Numbered from the stretch's first letter, positions 41,301 to 51,686 are shown. The stretch: DNA of 64,000 nt from Candidatus Latescibacterota bacterium (GCA_965217865.1 CBDCJO010000001.1:352001-416000); one strand, 5' to 3'. Notes: a model not told the origin generated them from the letters alone. Program-made: numbers and translations.

Positions 41301-43571
41301 CCGATCCGTCGGGAGCCCCGCTCCAGGACATCTTCATCAACGCCTGGAACAATGAGGCACAGACAGGCGGGGGGTCCTCAACCGATGAAAACGGACGTTA
41401 CCAGATGGCCTTGCTCCCCGGGACCTACGAGATCAACATCAACCTTCCTCAGGACAGCCCCTTCGTCTCGAAGCGAATCGAGGCCGTCCAGGTAACCATA
41501 GACCGGACCCTGGACATTCAGGTAGAGCGGGGTCTGATCCTCTCCGGAAGGGTCGTCGATCCGGAGGGCAACCCGATCCAAAACGTCTTCATCAACGCCT
41601 GGAACAACGAAACCCAGACCGGCGGGGGATCCTCAACCGATGAAAACGGGGAGTATCAGATGGCCCTCCTCCCGGGGACATACGATCTAAACGTGAATCC
41701 CCCCCGGGAGAGCGACCTGGTCTCCAGGAACATCCAGTCTTATCAGCTTTTTAGCGACCAGACCCTCGAAATCAGGCTGGATGGCGGGGTGATTCTATCA
41801 GGCCGGGTGCTCGATCCCAATGGAAATCCCGTCGGTGACGCGCACGTCAACGCCTTTAGTCCCCAAACGGGAACGGGCAACGGAGCCAACACGGATGAGG
41901 ACGGACGATACCGGATTGCATTGAACCCGGGGGTCTATGAGGTTAACGTTTCCTTGCCTCAGGAGAGCCCTTTCGTGGGCAAGCGGATCGAGTCCCTCGA
42001 GTTAACGGGCAACCGGACACTGGACATCCGGCTCCAACAGGGTCTCGTCCTGTCCGGACGGGTGATCGATCCCGACGGAAATCCGGTTCAGAACGCCCAC
42101 GTCAATGCGTGGGATCCCCTGCTCAACTCGGGAAACGGATCCAGCACTGACCAGGACGGGCATTATCGAATTCCCCTCCTGCGCGGTTCCTACGATGTGA
42201 ACGTCTTTCTTCCCCCGGAGGCCCCCTTTATCGCCCCACGCTTTGAGCGGACAAATATTTTCTCCGACACCGTACTCGATTTCATTTTGGAGCGCGGATC
42301 CTCTCTGTCGGGCACTGTATTCGGACCGGATAATCAGGGGGTCGCCGATGTGAACTTATGGGCCTCCGACCCCCGCACCGGCGAGGGAAACGGAACCCAG
42401 TCGGATGAGGATGGAACCTATACCATCATCCTGAGGGACGGCTTCTACGACCTGGACGTGAACCCAAGGCCGGAGAGTCTCCTGGTCAACAAGCGCCTGA
42501 GGGACATCGAGGTGGCGGGCGATCGGAATTTGGACATCACCCTTGAGAAAGGCGTGATCCTCTCCGTATTCGTGAATGATCCCGATGGCAACCCGGTCTC
42601 CGAGGCCTATGTAAATGCGTGGAATTCCCAGACGCAGACCGGGAGCGGAGGCCAGACGGAGGACGGCCTGTTTCGATCCGCCCTGTCTGCCGGAGTCTAT
42701 GACCTCAATATCAACCCACCCCCCGGAACGGCATTCGCCGCCCAGAATATCAACGAAGTCGAGGTTTTCTCGGATCGCGACCTGGTCGTGACCCTCGAGA
42801 GGGGTGTTGTGTTGTCCGGAACCGTCACCGATGATGCGGGCAACCCCGCATTGAACGCTCACATTAACGCCTGGAGCCCCCTCCTCAACACCGGAAACGG
42901 CGCAGGAACCGATCCCGAGGGACGTTACGAGATCGTCTTGCTTCCGGGCATCTATGAGGTGGATGTCCATCCGGACGAGAAAAGCGGCCTCACCCGGACC
43001 AACCTGAGGGACATAGAGGTACGGGAAGACCGAACCCTCGATATCGTCTTGAAATCCGGGGTTCGACTGTCCGGCCGGGTCGTGGGTCCCAGGGGCGGCG
43101 GCGTGGCCAACGTCAACGTCGATGCCCAGGACGACAACTTTCAGGATGGCGGGGAGGGCTTTGCAAACACGGACCGGGACGGGGCCTATACCATGACCAT
43201 CCCGCCCGGCGTCTACCAGCTCAACTTCCGTCCCCCCCAGGAAACGCGTTTTGTAGAGAAGCAGATCCACGGGCTCGAGGTCTTTTCGGACCTCAGCGGC
43301 CTCGAGACGGTCCTCGACGAAGGCCTCGTCCTGTCCGGCCGGGTGACCGACCCCGATGGCAATCCGGTGCGCGATGCGTGGGTGAACGTTTTCGACCCTG
43401 CAGCACAGTTCGGGAACGGGAGCAACACCGACCCCGACGGGATATACAGAATAGCCGTAAAAAGAGGCATCTACCAAGTCAACGTCAGCCCCCCCCAAAG
43501 ACCGGGGGTTGTCTCGGACCTTGTCTCCTTTGAAATTTTCGAATTCCGGGTGACCGACGATCAGACCCTAG
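38383..43571 (+). pseudogene. Giant secreted protein of ~20 carboxypeptidase-regulatory-like repeats (~85 aa each); two frameshifts (~38864, ~39500); 3' end cut by IS
   Basis: Signal peptide, then repeats of LSGxVTDPxGNP..VxVNAW..TDENGRYxMxLxPGxYxI. The gene stops at the CTAG IS junction. Confidence 0.85.
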
Positions 43572-45097
43572 CAGCCTGTTGAAAAAGTGCGTTTATGCCA
43601 AGATGACTGTTGTCTTTCCTTGTGGTTTGGTCCTATGATATATCAGGTTCAAACTGAGAAGGGAGGACGAGCAAATGGCAATGGGAAAACGAGGACGACA
43701 GAGACAGGAAAACCTGTTCATCGCATCGAACACTTTGGTGAAATCTCCGGGTCATCCGTTCTACGAGAAGCTGAATCAGGTATTGGGGGCGAACGGCTTC
43801 GACGAGTTCGTCGAGGGGCTTTGCCAGCGGTATTACGCTCCTCATATGGGTCGCAAGGGCATTCCGCCCGGGGTTTATTTTCGGATGCTTTTGATTGGGT
43901 ATTTCGAGGGACTTGATTCGGAACGTGGGATCGAATGGCGTGTATCTGACTCGCTGACGTTGCGCCGGTTTTTGGGGTATGCCCTTGACGAACAGACCCC
44001 GGATCATTCCAGCCTGTCTCGCATCCGGCATCGGCTTCCCTTGGAAGTTCACGAAGCGGTTTTCAAGTGGATCCTGAGGGTCTTGTGCAAAGCGGGTCTG
44101 GTGAAGGGGAAGACGTTGGGCGTGGATGCTACGACACTGGAGGCCAACGCCGCGATGCGCAGCATTGTACGCCGTGACACGGGTGAAGGCTACCAGGCAT
44201 TCCTTGAGAATCTGGCCAAGGCCTCGGGCATTGAAACGCCTACCCGCGAGGACTTGTCCAAGATCGATAAGAAGCGACCGAAGAAGGGATCGAACCAGGA
44301 CTGGGAGCACCCGCACGACCCGGATGCCAAGATCGCTAAGATGAAGGACGGTCGCACGCACATGGCGCACAAGGTGGAGCACGCGGTGGATCTGGACACC
44401 AATGCCATTGTGGCAGTGGCGTTGTCGGGAGCAGATGAAGGAGATACCGAGTCGTTGCCCTGGACGCTGCTCGAGGCGCAGCTCAATCTCAAGCAGGTCG
44501 CGAAGGACGAAAAAGCTGCTAAGCGTTTGCACAGACAGCGTATACGGGAGGTGGTTGCGGACAAAGGATATCATAGCAACGATGTATTGACCAGTCTGAA
44601 GCAAGGCGGCATCCGGAGTTACATTTCAGAACCGGATCGGGGACGCCGCAAGTGGAACGGCCGACGAGATGAGCAGGCCGCGGTATATGCGAATCGACGC
44701 CGGATCAAGGGAGATCGCGGCAAGGCCTTGCGCCGAAGTCGTGCAGAACGGGTGGAAAGAACCATCGCTCACACATATGATACCGGTGGCATGCGCAGGT
44801 TGCACTTGAGAGACCGCGGCAATATCCTCAAGCGTTTGCTGATCCACATCGGGGGCTGCAACCTGGCTCTGCTCATGCGCAAAGTGATGGGCGTAGGTAC
44901 TCCGAAGGCCCTCCAGGACCTGGCCAAGGCCTTGCAGCGTCTACTGCTCGTCCTACAATCACGTTTGCTGCCCTCGGTCACCTTTTTAACCTCTTATCAG
45001 CGTCTCCTGCTCAATCTCCTTACCTTGATTTATCTGACCCGCACTCCAGGCGTCTTTTCCGTTTATGTGCGTTGAAAGGTAGTTCTTCAACGGGCTG
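43572..45097 (+). mobile_element. IS5/IS1182-type insertion sequence, copy 1 (1526 bp)
   Basis: Ends CAGCCTGTTGAA / TTCAACGGGCTG, flanked by CTAG at 43568-43571 and 45098-45101. Confidence 0.92.
43675..45075 (+). CDS. DDE transposase (DUF772-type, IS5/IS1182-like)
   Basis: TPDHSSLSRIRHRL, VDATTLEANA, ADKGYHS. Confidence 0.92.
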   Translation: MAMGKRGRQRQENLFIASNTLVKSPGHPFYEKLNQVLGANGFDEFVEGLCQRYYAPHMGRKGIPPGVYFRMLLIGYFEGLDSERGIEWRVSDSLTLRRFLGYALDEQTPDHSSLSRIRHRLPLEVHEAVFKWILRVLCKAGLVKGKTLGVDATTLEANAAMRSIVRRDTGEGYQAFLENLAKASGIETPTREDLSKIDKKRPKKGSNQDWEHPHDPDAKIAKMKDGRTHMAHKVEHAVDLDTNAIVAVALSGADEGDTESLPWTLLEAQLNLKQVAKDEKAAKRLHRQRIREVVADKGYHSNDVLTSLKQGGIRSYISEPDRGRRKWNGRRDEQAAVYANRRRIKGDRGKALRRSRAERVERTIAHTYDTGGMRRLHLRDRGNILKRLLIHIGGCNLALLMRKVMGVGTPKALQDLAKALQRLLLVLQSRLLPSVTFLTSYQRLLLNLLTLIYLTRTPGVFSVYVR

Positions 45098-45838
45098 CTA
45101 GCTCAGTCTTGTCCGCTCCCGCTCCCCCAACTTGCGTTCCGAGATATCCTGGACAGTCGCGCGGATGCCTACGATCCGTCCGCTCGGGTCCAGATGTGGA
45201 TAATCCTGCATCAGGGCCGAAAGCAGGGTCCCGTCCTTTTTTCTCCAGGTGCGCTCATACGGCGTTGGGAGTTCCCCGGTTCCTTTCAGCTTGGCTCGTA
45301 TCGCCTGTGTTGAAGTCTTCTTCTCAACGATAAATTCCCACGGATACCGTCCCAGCATCTCCTCGGCGGTGTATCCAAGCATCTCCAACCCTGTTCTGTT
45401 CACCCGGGTGATGCGGCCTTCGGAGTCGATCTCGTGGTATCCCACAGGGGCCTGGTCGTACAGTTCCCGGAAACGTTTCTCGCTCTCCCGCAACGTCTCC
45501 TCAGCCCGCTGCCGGTCCGTGATGTCCTCGCCGTACAGATGAACAACCCCGACATCGGGAAGGGGGTGATAAGACCAGGAGAAGATACGACCCCTCACGG
45601 TGACCCCGGATCCCTGGAAGCTCTCTCCTTCCTCGAGAACTGCCGCCACGAGCTGCGCGTGGTTCTCCGGCAACATATCCGCTACATGCTTGATCCCAAG
45701 ACTTACCCGAAGCTGCTCTGCAGCAGGATTGATATATATCAAGCGGCCTTCGGAATCGGACTCCAAAATGGGATTGGGATTCTTCGTCGGAAAAGAAACC
45801 AGCCTAAGTTTTTCTACTTCATCCCGCTTCTGTTGCAT
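45098..45838 (-). pseudogene. PAS-PAS N-terminal part of a sensor kinase truncated by the IS
   Basis: NPNPILE..YINPAA, DITDRQRAEE, QAPVGYHEID..QDISERK. The stop lies in the CTAG at the IS end. Confidence 0.8.
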
Positions 45839-45852
45839 CTACCAGCCTCCGG

Positions 45853-45914
45853 GTTTGGGTTTAGATTTTGACACCTCTTGAGAGTTTGGGTTTAGTTTTT
45901 GACACCTTCTTGAG
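45853..45914. repeat. Two ~30-bp tandem direct repeats
   Basis: GTTTGGGTTTAGATTTTGACACCTCTTGAG / GTTTGGGTTTAGTTTTTGACACCTTCTTGAG. Confidence 0.8.
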
Positions 45915-46088
45915 GTTGCCGATTACCGCCCGTGACAACGACCCTGGCCTTTTCAACCACCGTGCCATGAACTTCGGAATGCCTGATCGCCGTTATAAAA
46001 CAGAGGGCTACGGAAGATCTGCTGCTGCTGGGATACCGGGACTGCCGCGAGGTCGATACATATCCAAACCCAATTTTCGGGTAAGACA

Positions 46089-46213
46089 GCCGAGCTGACC
46101 GTCGACCAGGCGCGTGGAGGAGTTTCTGAGCCGGGATTTCCCCCCGAACACCCAGAAGGCCTTCCAGCACGACCTGGGACGGTTTGTAAAGGCATTTTCC
46201 GGGCAGCCCAAGC
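46089..46213 (+). pseudogene. Fragment resembling a tyrosine recombinase N-terminal (SAM-like) domain
   Basis: AELTVDQA, frameshift, then VEEFLSRDFPPNTQKAFQHDLGRFVKAF (compare NTxxAYxxDLxxF). Confidence 0.45.
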
Positions 46214-46320
46214 AACTCCTTGACCTGGCACAGGTCGCTGGCGGAAGGGGTCCACGGTTCGGAATAGACATCGGAGCCTGAGCGTTCGAGGGGAGCAAGG
46301 TGGGATTAAGAAAGTTATAA
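46214..46320 (+). repeat. 107-bp repeat, copy 1 (inverted relative to 61105-61211)
   Basis: 103/107 identical by manual alignment. Confidence 0.9.
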
Positions 46321-46335
46321 ATATTATCGAGCCAG

Positions 46336-49300
46336 ATGCTATATTGTTGGTCCATGAACAACCCTGACCCCGTTCCCTGTGTAAATTATCGAGTCATCAG
46401 GATGCCAGAAAAAACAATAGGAAAAATTCAAGATTCCGGACCCACCCTCGCACGCCTATCCTTCCGAGTACCGCCTGATCGGATTTCGGAGTTCGAAGTT
46501 CTCTACGAAGAAAAGGCCGCTCCTATTCTGAAGCGGATCGGCCTTGCGGAACTATCGGAGAAGGATCGCTCATCGAAGGAGGGTATCTTCAGCCGTTTGT
46601 TCGAGATGAAAAGGCCTATTGAGGTGGCAAAAAAGCGGGAAACCCTTCAAGGAGATTCGGCGTGGGGTTCGCTGATGTGGGATTTTGGAATCGCCTTCGG
46701 AGATGCCGGTCCGGATGGGCTGATTCATTACATCCTGGAGCTCTATAAGACTCCGGCAGGTCCGGGCAGAACGGTTTCCAGGGGGCAGGAGACCGGTTTC
46801 TGGCGTACCTATGATGCGACGGATGGGCTTGGCAGCGGGTTCGTGATGTCGATGCTGCAGGATCGGGATGGGAATTTATGGTTTGCTGCCTTTGGCGGGG
46901 GCGTGAGTCGCTACGATGGACAAACCTTTACGACTTTCACAACAAACGACGGACTTGCCCATAATGAGGTGTCGGATCTTCTCCAGGATCTGGATGGAAA
47001 CATGTGGTTTGCGACCGAGGGCGGGGTGAGCCGTTTCGACGGACAATCGTTCAAGAACTTCACCACAGATGATGGATTGGCCCACAATGAGGTCTCCACG
47101 CTGCTTCAGGACAGGGACGGCATCCTTTGGTTTGGGACCGAAGGGGGCTTGAGCCGTCTCGATTCCACGTTCAACACGAGCGTGAACCCACCCTTCACAT
47201 CATTGACCGAAGAAGAAGGGCTGGCCGGCAATCAGGTGGAAGTTGTTTTCCAGGATCTGGAGGGCCACTTCTGGATCGGCACAAACAACGGATTGAGCCG
47301 ATACAACGGGAAGATCTTTTCGACTTTTACCACGAAGGAGGGGTTGGGGGACAATTGGGTGCGATCGATCGTTCGGGATCGTGCGGGCTTTCTCTGGTTC
47401 GGAACGAATAACGGCGGTGTGAGCCGATTCAACGGTCAAGAATTTACGACCTACTCGGTAAAGGATGGAATGGCCGGAAACGGGGTCATGTCGGCCTTCG
47501 AGGATCGCGATGGAATTCTCTGGTTTGGGACGTCTGATGGCGTGACTCGCTATGATCCATTGTTTGAAAAAAAGGGAGCTGGGAAAGATCAGAAAGGATC
47601 GTTTGCGAATTTTACTGAACAGGATGGGCTGGCTAATAATTGGGTCTTTTCGATCATCCAGGATAGGGAAGGCCACCTCTGGTTCGGTACATTCAGCGGT
47701 GTGAGCCGGTATGACGAGAAAACCTTTACGACAACTATAAAAAAAGACGGGTTGTCTGAAAAAAGCGTGTTTTCGATTCTGCAAGATCAGGAGGGAAAGG
47801 TCTGGTCCGGTACGGGTGGGGGTGGGATTATCCGGTATGGGCCAAAAGGCCATCTTACGACGTATACATCTGAAGACGGTCTTCCGAATGATGTGATTCT
47901 TTCCGTTTTTCAAGATCGGGACAAAAAGCTCTGGTTCAGCACGGGGGGTAATGGGGTGTGTTGCTATGATGGGAAGACCTTCGTCACGTTTACCGAAACC
48001 GATGGACTCGCGCATAACAGGGTCTGGCGGATAATTCAGGATCGCCGGGGCGATATCTGGTTTGGGACATTCGACGGGGTGAATCGATACGACGGCCATT
48101 CATTCACCACATTTACCACCACCGACGGCCTGGTCCACAACCGGGTGCGATCTGTCATCGAAGATCGGAGGGGGCGTATCTGGTTCGGGACTTTCGGTGG
48201 TGTGAGCCGGTACGATCCTCAGACAAGCTCAGGACAGGGTTCTACCCCCCGTGCACTGGGATCAGGCTCAGGTGGGAGATTTACCAATTTCACGGTAAAC
48301 GACGGACTTCCTTCAGACAGTGTCTGGTCGATGCTTGAAGATCGGGAGGGGAACCTCTGGTTCGGGACAAGTGGGGGAGGCGTCTGCCGTTATGATGGGC
48401 ATACCTTTGCCACTCTAACGAGAAATGACGGACTGGCTTCCGATCATATCTGGTCAATTCTGGAGGATCGGGAGGGGAACCTCTGGTTCGGGACGAGTGG
48501 GGGGGGGCTCAGCCGCTACGACGGCCGGGTCTTCCAAACGTTTACCGCTCAGGACGGTCTGGTCGGAAACGTGGTGCATGCGATCTTTCAGGATCAGGAG
48601 GGATTTTTTTGGTTATGCACAAACAACGGGATAACCCGTTATAGACCGCCTGAACCGTGTCCTCCCCCGGTGTTCATCGATGCGATTGTCGCCGGACGCA
48701 GGCGTGAAGGGAGAACCGAACTTGAAGTTTCAGACAGCACGGGTCTGGTTGCATTTGAGTTTCACGGGATGAGTTATAAGACACGGCCTGAGGCGATGGT
48801 CTATCGATATCGGCTGGAGGGTTTGGACTGCGCCTGGAAAAACACGCACGAAAGGCGCGTCGAGTACCAGGATCTCCCCGTTGGGACCTATCGGTTCGAG
48901 GTCGTTGGAGTAGATCGGGACTTGGCTTATTCCCACACACCCGGGAGGGTCGACCTGAAAGTTGTAAGGGATAATCGGGATAAACAGATCGATGAGCTGG
49001 AACGCCGCGTCCAGGAGCGGACCAGGGAACTCCGGGAGAAACACGCGCAGCTGGCGCAGTCGGAAAAGATGGCCTCCCTGGGAAATCTGGTGGCGGGGAT
49101 TTCTCACGAAATCAATAATCCCATCGGGGCGTTCAACAGTTCCGCAGACGTTTCACGTCGATGCATCGAGAGGATTGCCCATCTTCTGGAAGCGGGAGAA
49201 ATTGAGGTCCAGGGATCCCCCCAGTTCCAGAAGGTCCTGAAGCTGCTCGAGGAAAATAATCGGACGATTATCTCAGCGGGCGACCGGATCGCCCAGATCG

Positions 49301-49791
49301 TGAGAAGCTTGAGGAATTTCGCCCGGTTGGACGAGGCCGAGTTTCAAGAGGTGGACCTCCACGAGGGTCTTGAGAATACGCTTACGCTGCTTCAACACGA
49401 GTTCAGGGATCGGATCTCACTCGTCAAGGATTATGGCGACATCCCCCCGGTTCGGTGTTATCCCGGGGAGTTGAACCAGGTCTTTATGAATCTCCTCGTC
49501 AACGCCATTCAAGCGGTCGAAGGACACGGAACCATCCGAATTGAGACCTTTTCAGATCCGTCTTATGTCTATGTAAGGATATCCGATTCGGGAAAAGGAA
49601 TATCCGGTGAAAACCTCCCCAAGATCTTCGATCCGGGTTTCACGACGACGGGTGTCGGAGTCGGAACGGGTCTGGGACTGTCGATCAGTTACAATATCGT
49701 GAAAAAGCACATAGGGGAAATCGATGTGGAAAGCCAGGTGGGAGAGGGATCAACGTTTACCGTACGGATCCCGGTCGGGTTGGATGGATAG
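46336..49791 (+). CDS. Two-component regulator propeller + Y_Y_Y + histidine kinase
   Basis: Repeated QDRxGNLWFGT..GGVSRYDG..DGL, YRYRLEG..LPVGTYRFEV, SHEINNP, GTGLGL. Confidence 0.92.
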   Translation: MLYCWSMNNPDPVPCVNYRVIRMPEKTIGKIQDSGPTLARLSFRVPPDRISEFEVLYEEKAAPILKRIGLAELSEKDRSSKEGIFSRLFEMKRPIEVAKKRETLQGDSAWGSLMWDFGIAFGDAGPDGLIHYILELYKTPAGPGRTVSRGQETGFWRTYDATDGLGSGFVMSMLQDRDGNLWFAAFGGGVSRYDGQTFTTFTTNDGLAHNEVSDLLQDLDGNMWFATEGGVSRFDGQSFKNFTTDDGLAHNEVSTLLQDRDGILWFGTEGGLSRLDSTFNTSVNPPFTSLTEEEGLAGNQVEVVFQDLEGHFWIGTNNGLSRYNGKIFSTFTTKEGLGDNWVRSIVRDRAGFLWFGTNNGGVSRFNGQEFTTYSVKDGMAGNGVMSAFEDRDGILWFGTSDGVTRYDPLFEKKGAGKDQKGSFANFTEQDGLANNWVFSIIQDREGHLWFGTFSGVSRYDEKTFTTTIKKDGLSEKSVFSILQDQEGKVWSGTGGGGIIRYGPKGHLTTYTSEDGLPNDVILSVFQDRDKKLWFSTGGNGVCCYDGKTFVTFTETDGLAHNRVWRIIQDRRGDIWFGTFDGVNRYDGHSFTTFTTTDGLVHNRVRSVIEDRRGRIWFGTFGGVSRYDPQTSSGQGSTPRALGSGSGGRFTNFTVNDGLPSDSVWSMLEDREGNLWFGTSGGGVCRYDGHTFATLTRNDGLASDHIWSILEDREGNLWFGTSGGGLSRYDGRVFQTFTAQDGLVGNVVHAIFQDQEGFFWLCTNNGITRYRPPEPCPPPVFIDAIVAGRRREGRTELEVSDSTGLVAFEFHGMSYKTRPEAMVYRYRLEGLDCAWKNTHERRVEYQDLPVGTYRFEVVGVDRDLAYSHTPGRVDLKVVRDNRDKQIDELERRVQERTRELREKHAQLAQSEKMASLGNLVAGISHEINNPIGAFNSSADVSRRCIERIAHLLEAGEIEVQGSPQFQKVLKLLEENNRTIISAGDRIAQIVRSLRNFARLDEAEFQEVDLHEGLENTLTLLQHEFRDRISLVKDYGDIPPVRCYPGELNQVFMNLLVNAIQAVEGHGTIRIETFSDPSYVYVRISDSGKGISGENLPKIFDPGFTTTGVGVGTGLGLSISYNIVKKHIGEIDVESQVGEGSTFTVRIPVGLDG

Positions 49792-49832
49792 TCTCATATC
49801 ATCTAAAGGTGAAATTCGACCTTTATACGAAA

Positions 49833-49865
49833 AAGCCGCACCGTGCAGGTGCGGCTTGAATTTTT
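49833..49865. terminator. Probable bidirectional intrinsic terminator
   Basis: AAGCCGCACC-GTGCA-GGTGCGGCTT between convergent genes, with A/T tails. Confidence 0.65.
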
Positions 49866-49890
49866 GTCTCATCAGGTCAACAGTATTTTA

Positions 49891-50367
49891 TTATTCGGAA
49901 GTCGGCCCCGATACGTAATCCATTAAATTGGTCACCTGGGATTTCGCCTGAGCCAGTTGGGCCTTGACAACATCGCCGATGGATACGATACCCACCAGCT
50001 TCTCGTCCTTAACGACAGGCATGTGTCGAAATCGTCCTTCGGTCATCTCGTTCATGATGTGTTCGATGTCGTCTTCAGGAGCGACCGTCACGATCTTACG
50101 GGTCATGACTTCCCCGACCTTTTTATTATCAAGCTCACATTCCTCGTATACTTCCCTCATCAGATCCCGCTCGGTAATGATCCCCGAAAGTGCACCTGAG
50201 GGGTCTTTCACAAGCAAGGAACCGACCTTGTTTTCGATCAGGTTACAGAGCGCCTCTCTGAGGCTGGAATGGGGTTCGATGGTCGTTACCTGCGAACCCT
50301 TGGCGTCCAGGATTTCCTTGACCTTCATGGTCTCTCTCCTCGCGTTTTTCCGGGTATTGACGGACAA
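49891..50367 (-). CDS. CBS-pair protein
   Basis: GIITERD, RFRHMPVV..VGIVSIGDVVK. Start probably MKVKEIL. Confidence 0.92.
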   Translation of the reverse strand: MSVNTRKNARRETMKVKEILDAKGSQVTTIEPHSSLREALCNLIENKVGSLLVKDPSGALSGIITERDLMREVYEECELDNKKVGEVMTRKIVTVAPEDDIEHIMNEMTEGRFRHMPVVKDEKLVGIVSIGDVVKAQLAQAKSQVTNLMDYVSGPTSE

Positions 50368-50444
50368 TTATTGCGTATTAGTATAATAGGATAAAAAGAT
50401 CAGGTCAAGAAAAAAACTCGGGAAAGGAAAAGACAACCGGTCCC

Positions 50445-50598
50445 CCTTCGACTCCGTTCCGCAAAAAACGCGGAACTCCGCTCAGGGTGTTTTCATGATG
50501 GTTTATGGTCTCCTCTACTATCGAGGACTTCGCTTCGTCCGGACGCAACCAAATAATATCTACGATTCTTGCATAGAAATTGTAATTTAAGACTCTAA
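50445..50598. repeat. Full-length A+B composite repeat
   Basis: Family A hairpin followed by the reverse complement of the family B (22752/23130) sequence. Confidence 0.75.
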
Positions 50599-50624
50599 TT
50601 CCCCACGCCCTACCTTTACCCGTT

Positions 50625-51686
50625 TCACGGTTCTCTGATGTATATCGGATTGGCGAATGCCTTGCGGTTGTCCCGAGCGAAGCACTCGACTCGAATATAG
50701 GAACTTCCGCCTTTAAATTCATGCCTGTAAGAGCCCTTCACAACCGGCTGATGCTTTGGCCACAACTCCACCACGACTTTGCCGTCGGAGATGATACGGA
50801 GTTGTTGTATTCCGATACTGTCGACGCATTCGAAGAAGATCACGACCGTCCTCCCCCCGGGTCGCTTTATCGTGTCCCCCATAATCGAAAGCCCGGAGGT
50901 CACGTTGATGAAGGGGCCGTCCGAAGCGAAAAAATGACCCGCCCAAAGTGCGTCCAGGACGTTCTTCCTTGTGAGTCGGTTTAAAAAGACACCGTTCCAG
51001 ACATCTCCGATTGCCTGAGGAAGGTGCGCATCGCTATTGCCCATTCCCCTGACGACTTTTCCCCGGGAGAGGTGCTGATCCCAAAGTGCGAGGCTCATGT
51101 CGTCCGTGACATCGTAACAGTCGAAGATGTTGTTCGCTCCGTTGATCAATTCGATCGTAAAATCGTCCCCCAAAAGATTCAGGGCATCGATCTGTCCCCG
51201 GTTATAGCGTTTGGCAGGAAACCAGCCCGTCGGATGGGGGATGAACGGGAACCCCCCACGAGCGATGACATTTTGGTAGTCTCTGGCCAGGTCGTGCAGG
51301 GGGCGATATTTTCGGTCGAGTCCGAGGATGCCCAGATGATGGTGTTGCGTGCCGGGTTCCTGACCCCACCAGATGTTCTTATATTTTACACAATGGACCT
51401 TCTGTCGCACGGTATTGTGATCGGTTAGAAAGAAAAAATCCAATCCGGCTTTATCGACCCATGTTGCGATTTCCTCGACGGTTCCAATCCCGTCACTGTA
51501 TGTGGAATGGCTGTGACAGTCCCCACGTCGGACGGTGAAGCCGGCCAGTTTCCGAGTGTTATCGATCCGGTCACGGAACGCTTCCTTCCAGAACCCGATG
51601 ACTTTATCCGGATAGGTCAGGCGTTTTTGTGCCCGGGCTTTGAGCTTATATTGTCGGGCACGCTCGCGTGGGGTACGTATCGGCAC
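50625..51686 (-). CDS. PHP-domain (CehA/McbA-like) metallohydrolase
   Basis: GDCHSHSTYSDG, LTDHN, PHP, GNSDAH, AFANPIY. Confidence 0.88.
   Translation of the reverse strand: MPIRTPRERARQYKLKARAQKRLTYPDKVIGFWKEAFRDRIDNTRKLAGFTVRRGDCHSHSTYSDGIGTVEEIATWVDKAGLDFFFLTDHNTVRQKVHCVKYKNIWWGQEPGTQHHHLGILGLDRKYRPLHDLARDYQNVIARGGFPFIPHPTGWFPAKRYNRGQIDALNLLGDDFTIELINGANNIFDCYDVTDDMSLALWDQHLSRGKVVRGMGNSDAHLPQAIGDVWNGVFLNRLTRKNVLDALWAGHFFASDGPFINVTSGLSIMGDTIKRPGGRTVVIFFECVDSIGIQQLRIISDGKVVVELWPKHQPVVKGSYRHEFKGGSSYIRVECFARDNRKAFANPIYIREP

Noticed and set aside
39506-43571. Near-identical 255-bp repeats as DGR template/variable repeats or an array
   Set aside because: They are in-frame protein domain repeats. 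I saw no adenine-specific pattern and no reverse transcriptase in the window.
46214-46320. 107-bp repeat as a tRNA/tmRNA-derived att site
   Set aside because: No recognisable cloverleaf, T-loop with matching stem, or CCA end.
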